From NCBI GenBank assembly GCA_965206645.1, contig CBDBKE010000002.1:448001-512000 (forward strand): a stretch of DNA of 64,000 bases. The letters are read 5' to 3'. Under the pieces are notes generated by a model. That model was given only the letters and a program-made list of their open reading frames with translations. It ran no database searches and was not told the DNA's origin. A program made the position numbers and the translations under genes. This document shows positions 21,816 to 32,239 of this stretch, in pieces (the stretch's first letter is position 1; every line of letters begins with the position of its first letter). This DNA comes from Terriglobia bacterium. GTDB taxonomy: Bacteria > Acidobacteriota > Terriglobia > JAJPHL01 > JAPKYU01.

Positions 21816-22589
21816 CTCAAGGGTTCCTTCAATCCATCGTGGCGCTCATGGCTCTCGACCTCCCAGTGCCCAACTACAGCACGGTGAGCCGAAGGCAAAG
21901 CGCCGTCGACGTCCGACTGAGTGTAGGGCCCACGGATCGACCACGACATGTCGTCATCGATTCGACGGGCCTGAAGATCTACGGAGCCGGTGAGTGGCAC
22001 ATCAGAAAACACCGAACCCTCCGCCGTAGGACATGGCGAAAGCTCCACCTAGGCGTCGATGAGACGACGAAAGAGATCGTTGCGATGGACCTGACTGCGA
22101 GCAACGTCCACGACGCCCGAAGGCTCTCTTCGTTGCTGTCTAAGACTCCTGGTTCGATCGGGCAAGTCTCCGCAGACCGGGCCTACGACACGGGTTCCTG
22201 CTACGAGGCCGTGCTCCAGCACGACGCTATCGTGACGATCTTGCCGCGACGCAATGCACGATGCAGCCGAGACTCTCATCCGCCTCCGTGGCGTGCGATG
22301 CGTGATACCCATCTCCGGCGTATTAGGACGCAGGGCCGTTATGAGTGGCGGAAGTCGAGTGGCTGCACTCGCCAGAGCGTGGCGGAGAATGCGGTCTCAC
22401 GGTACAAGGCGATACTCGGGGTAAGCCTCTCGGCCCGCACGGTCAAGAACCAAAAAGTCGAAGCCGCGATCAAGTGCGCTGTGCTGAACCGGATGGCGGA
22501 GCTTGGAATGCCACGATCGGAGCGCGTGTACTGAGGCGGATGAGCTTCTCGGCCCAGTTCGCCGCGAGCGCGAATTACGCAACAACGCC
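21816..22589 (+). mobile_element. IS903-group element, 5' truncated; inverted near-identical copy of 13991-14863
   Basis: Transposase C-terminal two-thirds (21839-22534); IRR GAATTACGCAACAACGCC. Confidence 0.88.
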
Positions 22590-24690
22590 CTGCGAAAAGG
22601 CCCACCGGCGGCGCTGACGCGCCGGAGATGGACATGACATGCAACGTAATGCTCTCGCACGAATCAATGTTCTCCAGCTTGCGATCTGGCCGCTGACCGC
22701 CATCCTGGCGACTTCCGCCTTCGGCTTGCTCTACAAGGCCGCCACGGAGGAGGGAAAGCAGGTCCGCCTTTGGCCCGGCCTTACTGAGCTAGATTACCGT
22801 CCAGATAATAGCCGGAGCCGACCAGGATCGGCAAGCCATAGGCCACGACCCTCTTGATGAAAGTCACCTTCCGCTGCAGTTTCCCGGTCGAGGGATTGCG
22901 CGTCGAGTAGTACAGGAAGGTTTCACCGAACGCGTTGCAGACGCTCACCACATCCCGGCCGCCGAAGGGTCCTTCCGGATAGTCGTTCAACTCGGGAGCA
23001 ATGACGCCATACCACTGGCTGTAGGGATCGCCGCTGAACAGCGTGTAGCCGTAGGTGTCCACGCCGAACAAGTAGATCGAGCCGTTTCTCCAGCGCGGAT
23101 CGCTTGACAGCGCCCGGATGGCGAAGTACCCATGCGATTCCAGCTCCATCGCGGCGCAACGCACAAACTCCTTTAGCCTCTCGCGGGAAGGATCGCCCTC
23201 GAGCCCCAGGGCGTTGACCTCTTCGCTCTCGCAGGTGCCGGGAATGTCGCGGCGGTAGATGCCAGCGCCTATCGCGGCCAGGTTCCCTTCCCAGTCGATG
23301 CGCTTGATATAGGAAGCCTTCGGCTCATCCCTGCCCGTCACTGGATTTGTGAACGAGTAGTAGAGCCATCCGTCACCGAAGCTGCTTACGATACGATGCT
23401 GTTCCTTGTAGTAGTCGTTGCCGAAGGCGTCGATCAGCAGTCCTAGTGATGATCCTTCCCTCGGCCGGGCGGGTGGAAAGACGAAAAGTCGCGCCTGATC
23501 GCTCATCGGTGTCGCTTCGGAGACAAAGACATAGATTGGGCCCCTCTTCCAACGCTCGTCCTCGTTAAAGGCCCTGCGGGCTTCCTCAAATCCTGCCTCC
23601 TGGACGAACTCGTAGGCGCATTGAACGAACGCCTGAACGTCCTCGCGTGTGCGCACCGCGCCAGCGGTGACGGAGCGATCCGCGCAAGACAGCGGTTCGG
23701 CGCCCCCCTGGGCAACGAGAGCCGGCACGGCGAACGTTAAGATTAGGGGAATCAGGAGTGGGAAGAGATTACGTTTCATCATTTGGAATATGACATCAAG
23801 ATCAACCCTCCTTTTTTGATGACATCAGCGGCAGTGAGTAGGTGCGTCTTGGAACACGCCTCTACTCGCACGCCAGGGAGGGTCGCTCCCATCTCGAAAG
23901 TCCCTGCGGGAAGGCTGCGAAAAGGCCCACCGGCGGCGCTGACGCGCCGGAGATGGACATGACATGCAACGTAATGCTCTCGCACGAATCAATGTTCTCC
24001 AGCTTGCGATCTGGCCGCTGACCGCCATCCTGGCGACTTCCGCCTTCGGCTTGCTCTACAAGGCCGCCACGGAGGAGGGAAAGCAGGTCCGCCTTTGGCC
24101 CGGCCTTACTGAGCTAGATTACCGTCCAGATAATAGCCGGAGCCGACCAGGATCGGCAAGCCATAGGCCACGACCCTCTTGATGAAAGTCACCTTCCGCT
24201 GCAGTTTCCCGGTCGAGGGATTGCGCGTCGAGTAGTACAGGAAGGTTTCACCGAACGCGTTGCAGACGCTCACCACATCCCGGCCGCCGAAGGGTCCTTC
24301 CGGATAGTCGTTCAACTCGGGAGCAATGACGCCATACCACTGGCTGTAGGGATCGCCGCTGAACAGCGTGTAGCCGTAGGTGTCCACGCCGAACAAGTAG
24401 ATCGAGCCGTTCCTCCAGCGCGGATCGCTTGACAGCGCCCGGGTGGCGAAGTACCCATGCGATTCCAGCTCCATCGCGGCGCAACGCACAAGCTCCTTCA
24501 GCCTCTCGCGGGAAGGATCCTCATCGAGCGCCAGGGCGTTGACCTCTTCGCTCCCGCAGGTGCCGGGAATGTCGCGGCGGTAGATGCCCGCGCCGATCAC
24601 GGCCGGGTTCCCTTCCCAGTCGATGCGCTTGACGTAGGAAGCCTTCGGCTCCTCCCTGTCGGTCGCTGGGTTTCTGAAGGCGTAGTAGAG
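22590..24690. repeat. Tandem duplication, period 1325 bp (22590.. and 23915..)
   Basis: First ~500 bp essentially identical, then progressively diverged. Confidence 0.9.
22781..23782 (-). CDS. Secreted stand-alone protein with two Cache_2-type domains
   Basis: Signal peptide; GWLYYSFTNPVTGRDEPKASYIK...IGAGIY and YYSTRNPSTGKLQRKVTFIK...VGSGYY. Confidence 0.8.
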   Translation of the reverse strand: MMKRNLFPLLIPLILTFAVPALVAQGGAEPLSCADRSVTAGAVRTREDVQAFVQCAYEFVQEAGFEEARRAFNEDERWKRGPIYVFVSEATPMSDQARLFVFPPARPREGSSLGLLIDAFGNDYYKEQHRIVSSFGDGWLYYSFTNPVTGRDEPKASYIKRIDWEGNLAAIGAGIYRRDIPGTCESEEVNALGLEGDPSRERLKEFVRCAAMELESHGYFAIRALSSDPRWRNGSIYLFGVDTYGYTLFSGDPYSQWYGVIAPELNDYPEGPFGGRDVVSVCNAFGETFLYYSTRNPSTGKLQRKVTFIKRVVAYGLPILVGSGYYLDGNLAQ

Positions 24691-25401
24691 CCAGCCGGAA
24701 TCAACAGTCGACATGATGCGATCCAGTTCCCGGGAGGGATCGGGCGGGTAGACATACGCTCCCCGGATTTCGCGATTCCGTCGCGATAGATCGGGCCGCT
24801 TCTCCAGCGCTCGTCCTCGTGGAAGGACCGCCGGGCCTCTGCAAAGTGGACGAACTCGTAGGCGCCGAAATTTGACGTCCTCCGTTGTCGATCAGACGTT
24901 CAGCCCCAGGGATTAATGGAATCAGAAATGGAGAGAGACCCTTCCCTCAGACAATGGCTAATCGGGCGGGCCCACAGATTCATGGGCCCGAGAGCGGAGA
25001 CGTCGCAAGCAGCAGTCCAAGCTAGTAGGGCAGGCGAGACGGCCGCCAGCACCAGAAGGTTTCTGCTGGCGAGTTCCTTCGGCCGTCGACGAAGACATAG
25101 ATCGGGCCGCTTCTCCAGCGCTCGTCCTCGTGGAAGGCTCACCCATCCCGGCCGCCGAAGGGTCCTTCCGGGCCTCTGCAAAGCCCACTTCCTGGCCGTT
25201 CCGAATCGCTTGACAGTCGTAGGCGCATTGAACGAACGATTTGACGTCCTCCGTTGTGCGCACGGCACGGGCGGTTTCTGACGGAGCGATCCGCGCAAGA
25301 CAAAGGTTCAGCGGCGCCGAAAGCTCAGCGGCGCCGAAAGCCTGCGGCGCGGCGCACACTATGACTGATAGAATCAGAAATGGAGACAGGCTACACTTCA
25401 T
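24106..25401 (-). pseudogene. Second, scrambled Cache-protein gene
   Basis: Intact 3' ORF 24106-24714; 5' part frameshifted with a ~40-bp internal repeat at ~24787 and ~25098; signal peptide MKCSL at 25401. Confidence 0.75.
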
Positions 25402-25768
25402 TATAACTAAGAATGCTGGCACAGACTCACATAAAGAGTCAAGCATAAAGGCGGTTCTTCAAAAAGCTAGCAATATGAGGAAGTTCCATATGTTTCGAGT
25501 TCCGACTGAACCCAGCTCGTGCTAGCTTGGCAGCCCGATCATTTGCCGCTACCACCTGTCCATTGCGAATTGATATGTTGAGCGATTCTACCCGTGACCG
25601 CTGCCCCAGTGAGGCGAGTGCACACTGGCGGAGTACCCTCGGTAGCAGCGAAACAATCAGATCAGACAACCGCTCCGCGTTGACAAACTCAAACAGCGAA
25701 TGGTTTCGTAGGAAGTGCCCGCCTGCCGATGTCCGCCGGTTACACAGGGAGCACCAGTCTTTGGAGAA

Positions 25769-28208
25769 TCAGGCAGTCATTGGGGTGTGATAGAGGCCTC
25801 TGCAGTGGCGTTGCCATCCATAGGAATGGAGCCTGGCGACTGGTCGTGGTATAGGCGTGACTGGATCAGGCGTTCTCCCCTCCAGTCCAGTGTGCGAGCG
25901 ATACGCATTGAAATATGTCCTGAAATCGAGCAGCTTGTTCTCCAGGTCCGCCGGCGTCCAGAACAACGTGCGATCCAAATACTCGCGTCGAATCGTGCCG
26001 ATCAACCGTTCCACAAAGGTGACCTGCCTGGCGATTTCCGGACCAGCTGAGGCCTGAGAGAATGGCGCCCTCGGAGAAACGAGGGAGCCATGAAGAAGAC
26101 CCGGTTTACCGAAGAGCAGATGGTGACGATCCTCCGCGAGGCCGATCAGCGGCCCGTTCCGGAGGTGGCCAAAAAGAACGGCGTCAGCGCCCAGACGCTC
26201 TACGCCTGGCGGAAACACTTCGGCACGTTGGAGCCCGCCGATGTGAAGCGGCTGCGGCAGCTCAAGCAGGAGAACGGCCGGCTGAAAAAGATGGTGGCCG
26301 ATCGAGATCTGGAGATCGACGTGCTCAAGGAGATCACCCGAAAAAAATGGTAGGCGCACGCGTGCGCCGGCCGCAGGTCGCGTATGCACGTGCACGCGGT
26401 CTGTCGGGTCGCCGCGCGTGCGCCTTGCTCTCCGTCGCACGGTCCACGCTGGGCTACCAGTCGCGGCTGGTCGACCGGGATGCCCCGGCGCTGGCCGCGA
26501 TGCGTCGTCTGGCGGCGCAGTATCCGCGGTACGGCTATCGCCGGATTCGGATTTTCCTAAAACGCGAAGGGCACACGATGAGCACGGACCGGACCCATCG
26601 CCTCTGGCGCCAGGCGGGGTTGCAGGTGCCTCGGCGGCGGCCGCGGCGCCGGGTCGCCCTGAGCCGGCCCCGCCCGGTGCCCGCCACTGCGGTCAATCAC
26701 GTCTGGGCGTACGACTTCGTGTTCGACACCTGCGCGAATGGGCAGACGCTCAAGTGCCTCACCGTCGTCGACGAATGGACCCGCGAGTCACTCGCGATCG
26801 ACGTGGCCGGCGGCATTCGGTCCGGGCGCGTTATCGAGGTGCTCACGCAGCTCGTGAGCGTCCACGGAGCCCCACGTTACCTCCGGTCCGACAACGGCCC
26901 CGAGTTTGTCGCGGGTGCGATTCTCCGGTGGCTGCTCCAGGCGCAGATCGAAACCGCGCTCATCGAGCCGGGCAAGCCGTGGCAGAATGCGACCGACGAA
27001 TCGTTCAACGGGAAGTTCCGCGACGAGTATCTGAGCCTGCAGTGGTTTCGGAACCGCGTGGACGCGAAGGTGGGGATCGAGCAATGGCGACGGCACTACA
27101 ACGACGTGCGACCGCACTCGAGCCTTGGCTATCTGACGCCAGCCGAGTTCAAAGCGCAGCTCCGTGCTGGCTCGGATGACGGTGGGCGCTCGCCGGCGAT
27201 GCCGGCTCACGCTGACCAAGAAGAACACGAGAGCGACTTAACCATGCCGACTGGCGCTGTTCTCCAGTAATCGGTGGTCCGAAGAAAGCCGGCAGGTCAA
27301 AGGGATGGGACAGGGGAACATAGGGGACGGTTTTGATTTCGATTACCTCCAGGATCCGCAGATTGGCTTGCCACTGCCCAAACCGATACAGGGGATCATG
27401 GTCGGAGCTGAGGTAGTTGGGCATACAGGGTTGCCATCGAATGGCGCGGTTGAACATGCGGCAAAGTGCCACGCCATTGACGGTTCCGGCGTGGACGCCG
27501 AACCCAATGATCCGGCGGGTGTATTGATCCATGACGACCAAGACCCAGTGGGTCCGCAACGTGGCCGATTCGCACCGGAACAGATCTATACTCCAGAGGC
27601 TGTCCTTCATGTGGCCAATGAAGGTCAGCCAGGATGGACCACCGGAGTCCTTTTTCGGCCGATAGTGGCTGGCGAGAATCCTTCGAACAACGTCTTTGTC
27701 GATGGGGATGTCGAAAGCCAAGGCAATCTACTGAGCGATTCGCGGGCAGCCCCAGGTGGGATTGCGCTGCTTCATCTGGACAACAGCGTCGATGAGTTCT
27801 TTGTTGGGTCCGTTTGGTCCGGGCTTACGCCGGTGCTTGGATGAAAAGAGCAGGCAATATTTTCGGTTCCTCAGAGCCCGGTGGAGGCCCAAAAGAGTCG
27901 AAGGCTTCAGCACGATTGCTGAGCGGATCAGGCGGGCGGGGCGGATGAGGAGAGCACACAGGCCGGCGGCGAGGCGATCTGAAGTGCGTAGATTGGGAGA
28001 TCGCTGTCGCGAACGATTGAGGATCAGGAGTTGTTGCTTGTCAAGAACGGACTCGGCGATCACAGAGCGAATGCCACCCGGACCCAAGAGCCGGGCAAGA
28101 GTAGCCATGACATGGACAACAAGGATAACGAGATTGCGCATCTCAGCATCTTAGCAAGAACCGCTAAACCCAGGAATTAGGCCGCAAACTAGCAATTCGC
28201 CAGGGACA
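25769..28208 (-). mobile_element. rve integrase-core transposase element, interrupted by IS3 and a TAG
   Basis: ORF from 28141 with TAG at 27728; WSIDLFRCES, VMDQYTRRIIG, SHPF|VERLIGTIRRE rejoined across the IS; end TGTCCCTGGCGAA at 28208. Confidence 0.8.
26020..27299 (+). mobile_element. Complete IS3-family element (1280 bp)
   Basis: IRs TGACCTGCC; 4-bp TSD AAGG; orfA 26090-26353, A7 slippery site, orfB DDE (WAYDF, SDNGPEF, ESFNG). Confidence 0.95.
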
Positions 28209-28253
28209 GGTTAGCTGAAGGTTGCCACTGCGTTTTCAAAAAGGAAATCCGGG
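28208..28253 (-). mobile_element. IS1380-family left-end fragment
   Basis: Reverse complement of CCCGGATTTCCTTTTTGAAAACGCAG seen at 35290. Confidence 0.8.
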
Positions 28254-28444
28254 TTAAGCCAGAAAACGCCTTATTTTCATGCGATTTTCCAGACACTGCT
28301 CCGTTCCCTTACATCATTGATGGGTTTCTCTGCCTGCCGAAAGCGACGCAGGTTATGTCAGAGAACGTCATAGAGGCAGCACTGCATCAGCCAGTTGTTA
28401 CCGTTGAGGGCGAGCGGGCCGCCATTATCCAATTTTCTACAAAT

Positions 28445-29176
28445 TCAAACCTCGTCGAGGGCCTTGTCTCCCCAAGGCCGCCCCTCAGTAACCAATTTAT
28501 ACATTTTGTAGGTGCACCAGGATTCCGTTGCTGCAAACGCTTCATCCAGAGTGTAGGATTTGCCGCTTCTCTCCATGGTTTCTTCTTCCAGCCACTTGTC
28601 CAAATGGTTCTTGCAGCAAAAGAAATTGGTGTTGACGCATACGATGAGATAGTAGGGCGCATTAACCGGCAATCTGTTTTCGATCCAAATGCATATGTCA
28701 TCCGGAGAACGATCCACGATTTGGGTTCCATTTCCCCCGTAGCCTATGGAGATTTCCCGGTCACAATACCTGCAGCATGATTTCACTCTGATGTCCTTGC
28801 CGAAAGTGGGCGGAAGTGTCAGGGCATCCATCGCGCAAGGAGAATAGGAAATACGTCCTCCATCCGGCCTGATCAGCTTGTGTATCGTAGGTATCCCTGC
28901 CACCGGATAGAAAGCGATAACATTCTTGAAGAAAGGATCTCTATAAATGCCATATACGCTTTCAAATGCATCCAGTATTTCCTCGACTGCCGCTACGGGA
29001 AGGTCGGTGTTTTGCGCAACCTCCCCAGGAGATGATCTCCTGCCTTGTTCAAAGAGCGTATTGCTCACGTAGAGGTAGACCTTTCGCATCTCTGGAGAAA
29101 TCATTGAAGGGTCTGGAGGGGGACAACTCTCTGCTTCTTCCATTTTCTTTGCATCCGCATCGTTCTTTTCCGTCAT
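28445..29176 (-). CDS. Alkylmercury lyase (MerB)-family protein
   Basis: N-terminal winged helix, SPCAMDAL (C/D), SCCRYC, IVCVNTNFFC; GGAGG RBS before ATG 29176. Confidence 0.75.
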   Translation of the reverse strand: MTEKNDADAKKMEEAESCPPPDPSMISPEMRKVYLYVSNTLFEQGRRSSPGEVAQNTDLPVAAVEEILDAFESVYGIYRDPFFKNVIAFYPVAGIPTIHKLIRPDGGRISYSPCAMDALTLPPTFGKDIRVKSCCRYCDREISIGYGGNGTQIVDRSPDDICIWIENRLPVNAPYYLIVCVNTNFFCCKNHLDKWLEEETMERSGKSYTLDEAFAATESWCTYKMYKLVTEGRPWGDKALDEV

Positions 29177-29191
29177 TGCTCGATCCTCCCA

Positions 29192-29609
29192 TGACATTTC
29201 GTCCGAAAGTAATTGTTGGGCGTTCCGGCGGTTGAAAGTGTACATCCATTTGCATCCTACCGAGCACAATTTCTCCTCCGAGAGGGCCATCGGCCCCCAG
29301 CCGCCCTTTTCGCGTCCCCGAAACCATCGGCTCGGCTTCCAGAACCGGCTTTTTCAGACACCTCTCCATTCCTGGGGAATAATCGGTGTCGTTTTCTTGT
29401 GTGCCACAGCTTAAGCTATCCCGACGGAAGCGGCAGCCCATCGATCCGCCCCAGCATACTGGCAAACAGCCGTCGGGTGAGATGGCTCTCCGCCAAGAAC
29501 AACCAATAGTAGCGGGCATGCTTGACCAACCTTCCACCCGTCTTCACCAGCCGTTGCTGGAGGCTCGTCAAGGACCAGTTTCCGAGCCTCTGGGGCAATA
29601 CCAAGCGCC
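29192..29609 (-). mobile_element. IS1380-family 3' remnant
   Basis: WSLTSLQQRLVKTGGRLVKHARYYW, as in 39361-40590; left boundary approximate. Confidence 0.8.
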
Positions 29610-29728
29610 GGTATTGTCAAGTTGAGGCTGAGGGCTGTTTTTGATGCTTAGCATGGTGGGTTCGAGACGGGCTGGAGCCCAATATCTTGGGGGTCGATCG
29701 ACGAGCTTTTCGTCAACTTGACAATGCC
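29610..29728. mobile_element. 119-bp MITE, same IR family as 21685-21815
   Basis: GGTATTGTCAAGTTGA / TCAACTTGACAATGCC. Confidence 0.75.
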
Positions 29729-29734
29729 TTTCGG

Positions 29735-29930
29735 TGTGCGCTCCAACCAGGTCCCTAGGGCCTTAAAGTTGACGGCGATGATCTCATTCCGGTCCGGATC
29801 GACGACGAAGATCCCATCATTGGATTTCCCAAAGATCTTGTGAAATGGCTCTTGGCTTCTGCCCGGAGCTTCTCCAGTCCGTTCTCGCTGTTTCTTTAAC
29901 GATTCGAGCGCGGATACTCTCTCGCGACAC
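29735..29930 (-). pseudogene. Shard paralogous to the 5' part of the PAS-PP2C gene at 54745
   Basis: Clear nucleotide similarity to ~54800-54990 (SNDGIFVVDPDR). Confidence 0.75.
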
Positions 29931-29931
29931 C

Positions 29932-30068
29932 GGATAGATCCCCACTAACGGGCTAGTGTTTATCAATCCCGGTTTCACTTGGGCGTGTAGTCGTCTTGCC
30001 GGAAACTTACCCTCTACGCCCGCCAGGGTAGTGGGTCAGTTTCAGGGAAGGGCATTATACATCCAAGT
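29932..30068 (+). repeat. Composite site A: X-Y-hairpin-inverted Y
   Basis: X 29937-29964, Y 29977-30008, inverted Y 30037-30068. Confidence 0.8.
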
Positions 30069-30136
30069 GGCGACAGGGATGACTTGATACCATTTTTGCG
30101 AAGTCGGGCCCGAGAACGACTTCGAGCCGTCTATGG

Positions 30137-30770
30137 TCAGGCCTCTTCGCCGAGGAACCTGGTCACCACCTGCACCAACTCCTGCGGTTTGTCCATGTGT
30201 ACGTAGTGGCCGGACTTTTCGATTACCTCCAGCTTGGCGTTTGGCAGCTTTTCCGCAATCTCATACGCCAGCTTGACGCTGATGAAGCGATCATACTTGC
30301 CCCATACCACCAGCACGGGTGTTTGAAGCTCGTGTGCGCGCGGCTCAAAGTACTTCTGGCCAATGTGGAAGTTTTGGAAGTACGACAGAAACGCCTCCTG
30401 GTTGCTTTTACTCATAGCGTCGGCCAAGAATTCCTGGCGCACCTCAGCCGGGATGGAGTGCCCCCGGTAAAATCCTTTGAAGTACGTAATTTGGGCTGTG
30501 AGACGCGGAAACCACCACACCAGGGCCTTGGCGAGGATCGAGCCCTTCTTGGCAAAACTCTTAAGCTCCCAGGAGGAGTACTGTGGTCGCGGAAACGGAA
30601 TGCCGTCCGTCACCACCAGCTTAGAGACGCGGCTTGGGTGCTCCAGGCCGACCAGTAGCGCCGGGAGGAGGGCAATGTCTGTGGCCATCAAGATTGTTTG
30701 AGTGATGTGAAAGGAGTCCATGAAGTCTACAATCACCTCCGCAAAGCGGAGTGACGTGTAGTCCTTGCGG
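30137..30770 (-). pseudogene. Alpha/beta hydrolase, N-terminus missing
   Basis: ATDI nucleophile region, PVLVVWGKYD, SGHYVH. Confidence 0.7.
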
Positions 30771-30950
30771 GGGTTGGGGTTCTTGCTGCGCTTTTTCTGA
30801 TGGCATACGGCGCCAACGGTAGCGGAAAACTGATCCGACGCGGCCGGGGATGGAAACAATTCGGACTGGGTTCTTTCGTAGTGGGGTATTCGATCCTGGC
30901 CGGTGTTAACTCTCGTGCTTCCTCCGAAAAGGAGTCAGTGTTCTCGAACT

Positions 30951-31371
30951 TACGCTAGGCACATGATGAACGACATTTTGGAGGCCGAAAACAAATTCCA
31001 GTCCGCGGCAACACTGGACACGAACGGAAATGGCGTGGGCGAAATACGGCACGCTCGAGCAACTTCGACAGGCCAGACTCATTCGGTATGACTACGGTTC
31101 GGATAGGTATAATCGTCGCTACATCGTGGTCTTGACGGGAGAGCCAGAAAATGATGAGAAAAGGTTCTTTCTGTATGCGACACCGAAGAGCTATTTCTCC
31201 CGCTCAAGCTGGGAATTCGTGCCCTTCTACTCGCTCTACTGGAGTCTGCACAATATGAGTTCCCGATGTCCGGCTGCAGCTACCTTAGCTGCCACGGAGA
31301 CAGGCGAAATCAAGGTTCGGGACCTGGGTGAGTCGAGACCGGTAACACGGGAAGAAGTGGAGAGTTGGTAA
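30951..31371 (+). pseudogene. Frameshifted pilin/pseudopilin-like globular domain
   Basis: ILEAENKF...DTNGNGVGE|YGTLEQL...LYATPKSY across a frameshift near 31043. Confidence 0.45.
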
Positions 31372-31535
31372 TACTCAATCCGCAAAGTTGGAAACTTAGC
31401 CGGCGACGCACGGCGCCGCACACCACCGTGGGCAATCTTCACGCCAACCTGGGAGGTCATTGAAAATGGGCCGTAAGTTCTTGATGCCAGGTAGCTTCGT
31501 TGGACTAGTTGGATTGACCAACTCAGAAACTGTCG

Positions 31536-31678
31536 CAGCGCCTTGCGGCTCCTCGTCTAACGTCAGCGGTCACTTGGCCGTATAGTCGGCTTACCGCACA
31601 AGTGCCTACCTTGAGGCAGCGTCACTTTAATAGCTGAGAGTAGATAGGCCCCGCCTAGTCGGGTAGGGTTTACCTATC
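31536..31678 (+). repeat. Composite site B: flank-Y-linker-X
   Basis: Y 31572-31603, X 31647-31674; flank 31536-31580 recurs at ~54614-54660. Confidence 0.8.
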
Positions 31679-32239
31679 CTTATCAGGCAGAAACTCTGAG
31701 GGCTGTAAGAGAAAGCCACCGGCGTTCGGTAGTCTGGCTCCTGCCCATCTGCAATAGGTTGCCTCCCAAGTCCTGGGCTTCTCATGCACCTCGGCGGCTT
31801 GGTCCTGACCGGCATAGGTACCCCCTTTCTGGCTACCTTCCAAATACGGACATGCAACAGATTGCATACCGGCGATTTGCACCAGATGGCCCCGATCTTA
31901 CAAGCACTCATGCTTTCCGTCGAGGGGTGGCATGGGTGAGCGGCGACGTGGCATGGCCAGTCGCGGACCTCGGAAAAGGCGATGGCGCAGCCTGTCGCCT
32001 TGGGAAAAGACGCCGTGCCTAGCCTGTGTTCTGTGGGAGGAAAGTTCCCGAAGGGTGTGGGTGGTAAGCCGGCCCGCCTCTTGAAAAGGACTCGGTTCGA
32101 GCGCGAAAAGTTTTGTGTAGCGGCCCCTCCGTATGGTCGCAGTTTCCACCGTATATAGTTTAGAGTAGAAGCTGAAGTTCCAGTGACGCAGCACAACTAG
32201 ACGTTCACGTGAGTCAAGTCTCTTTTTACGAGGGCACCC

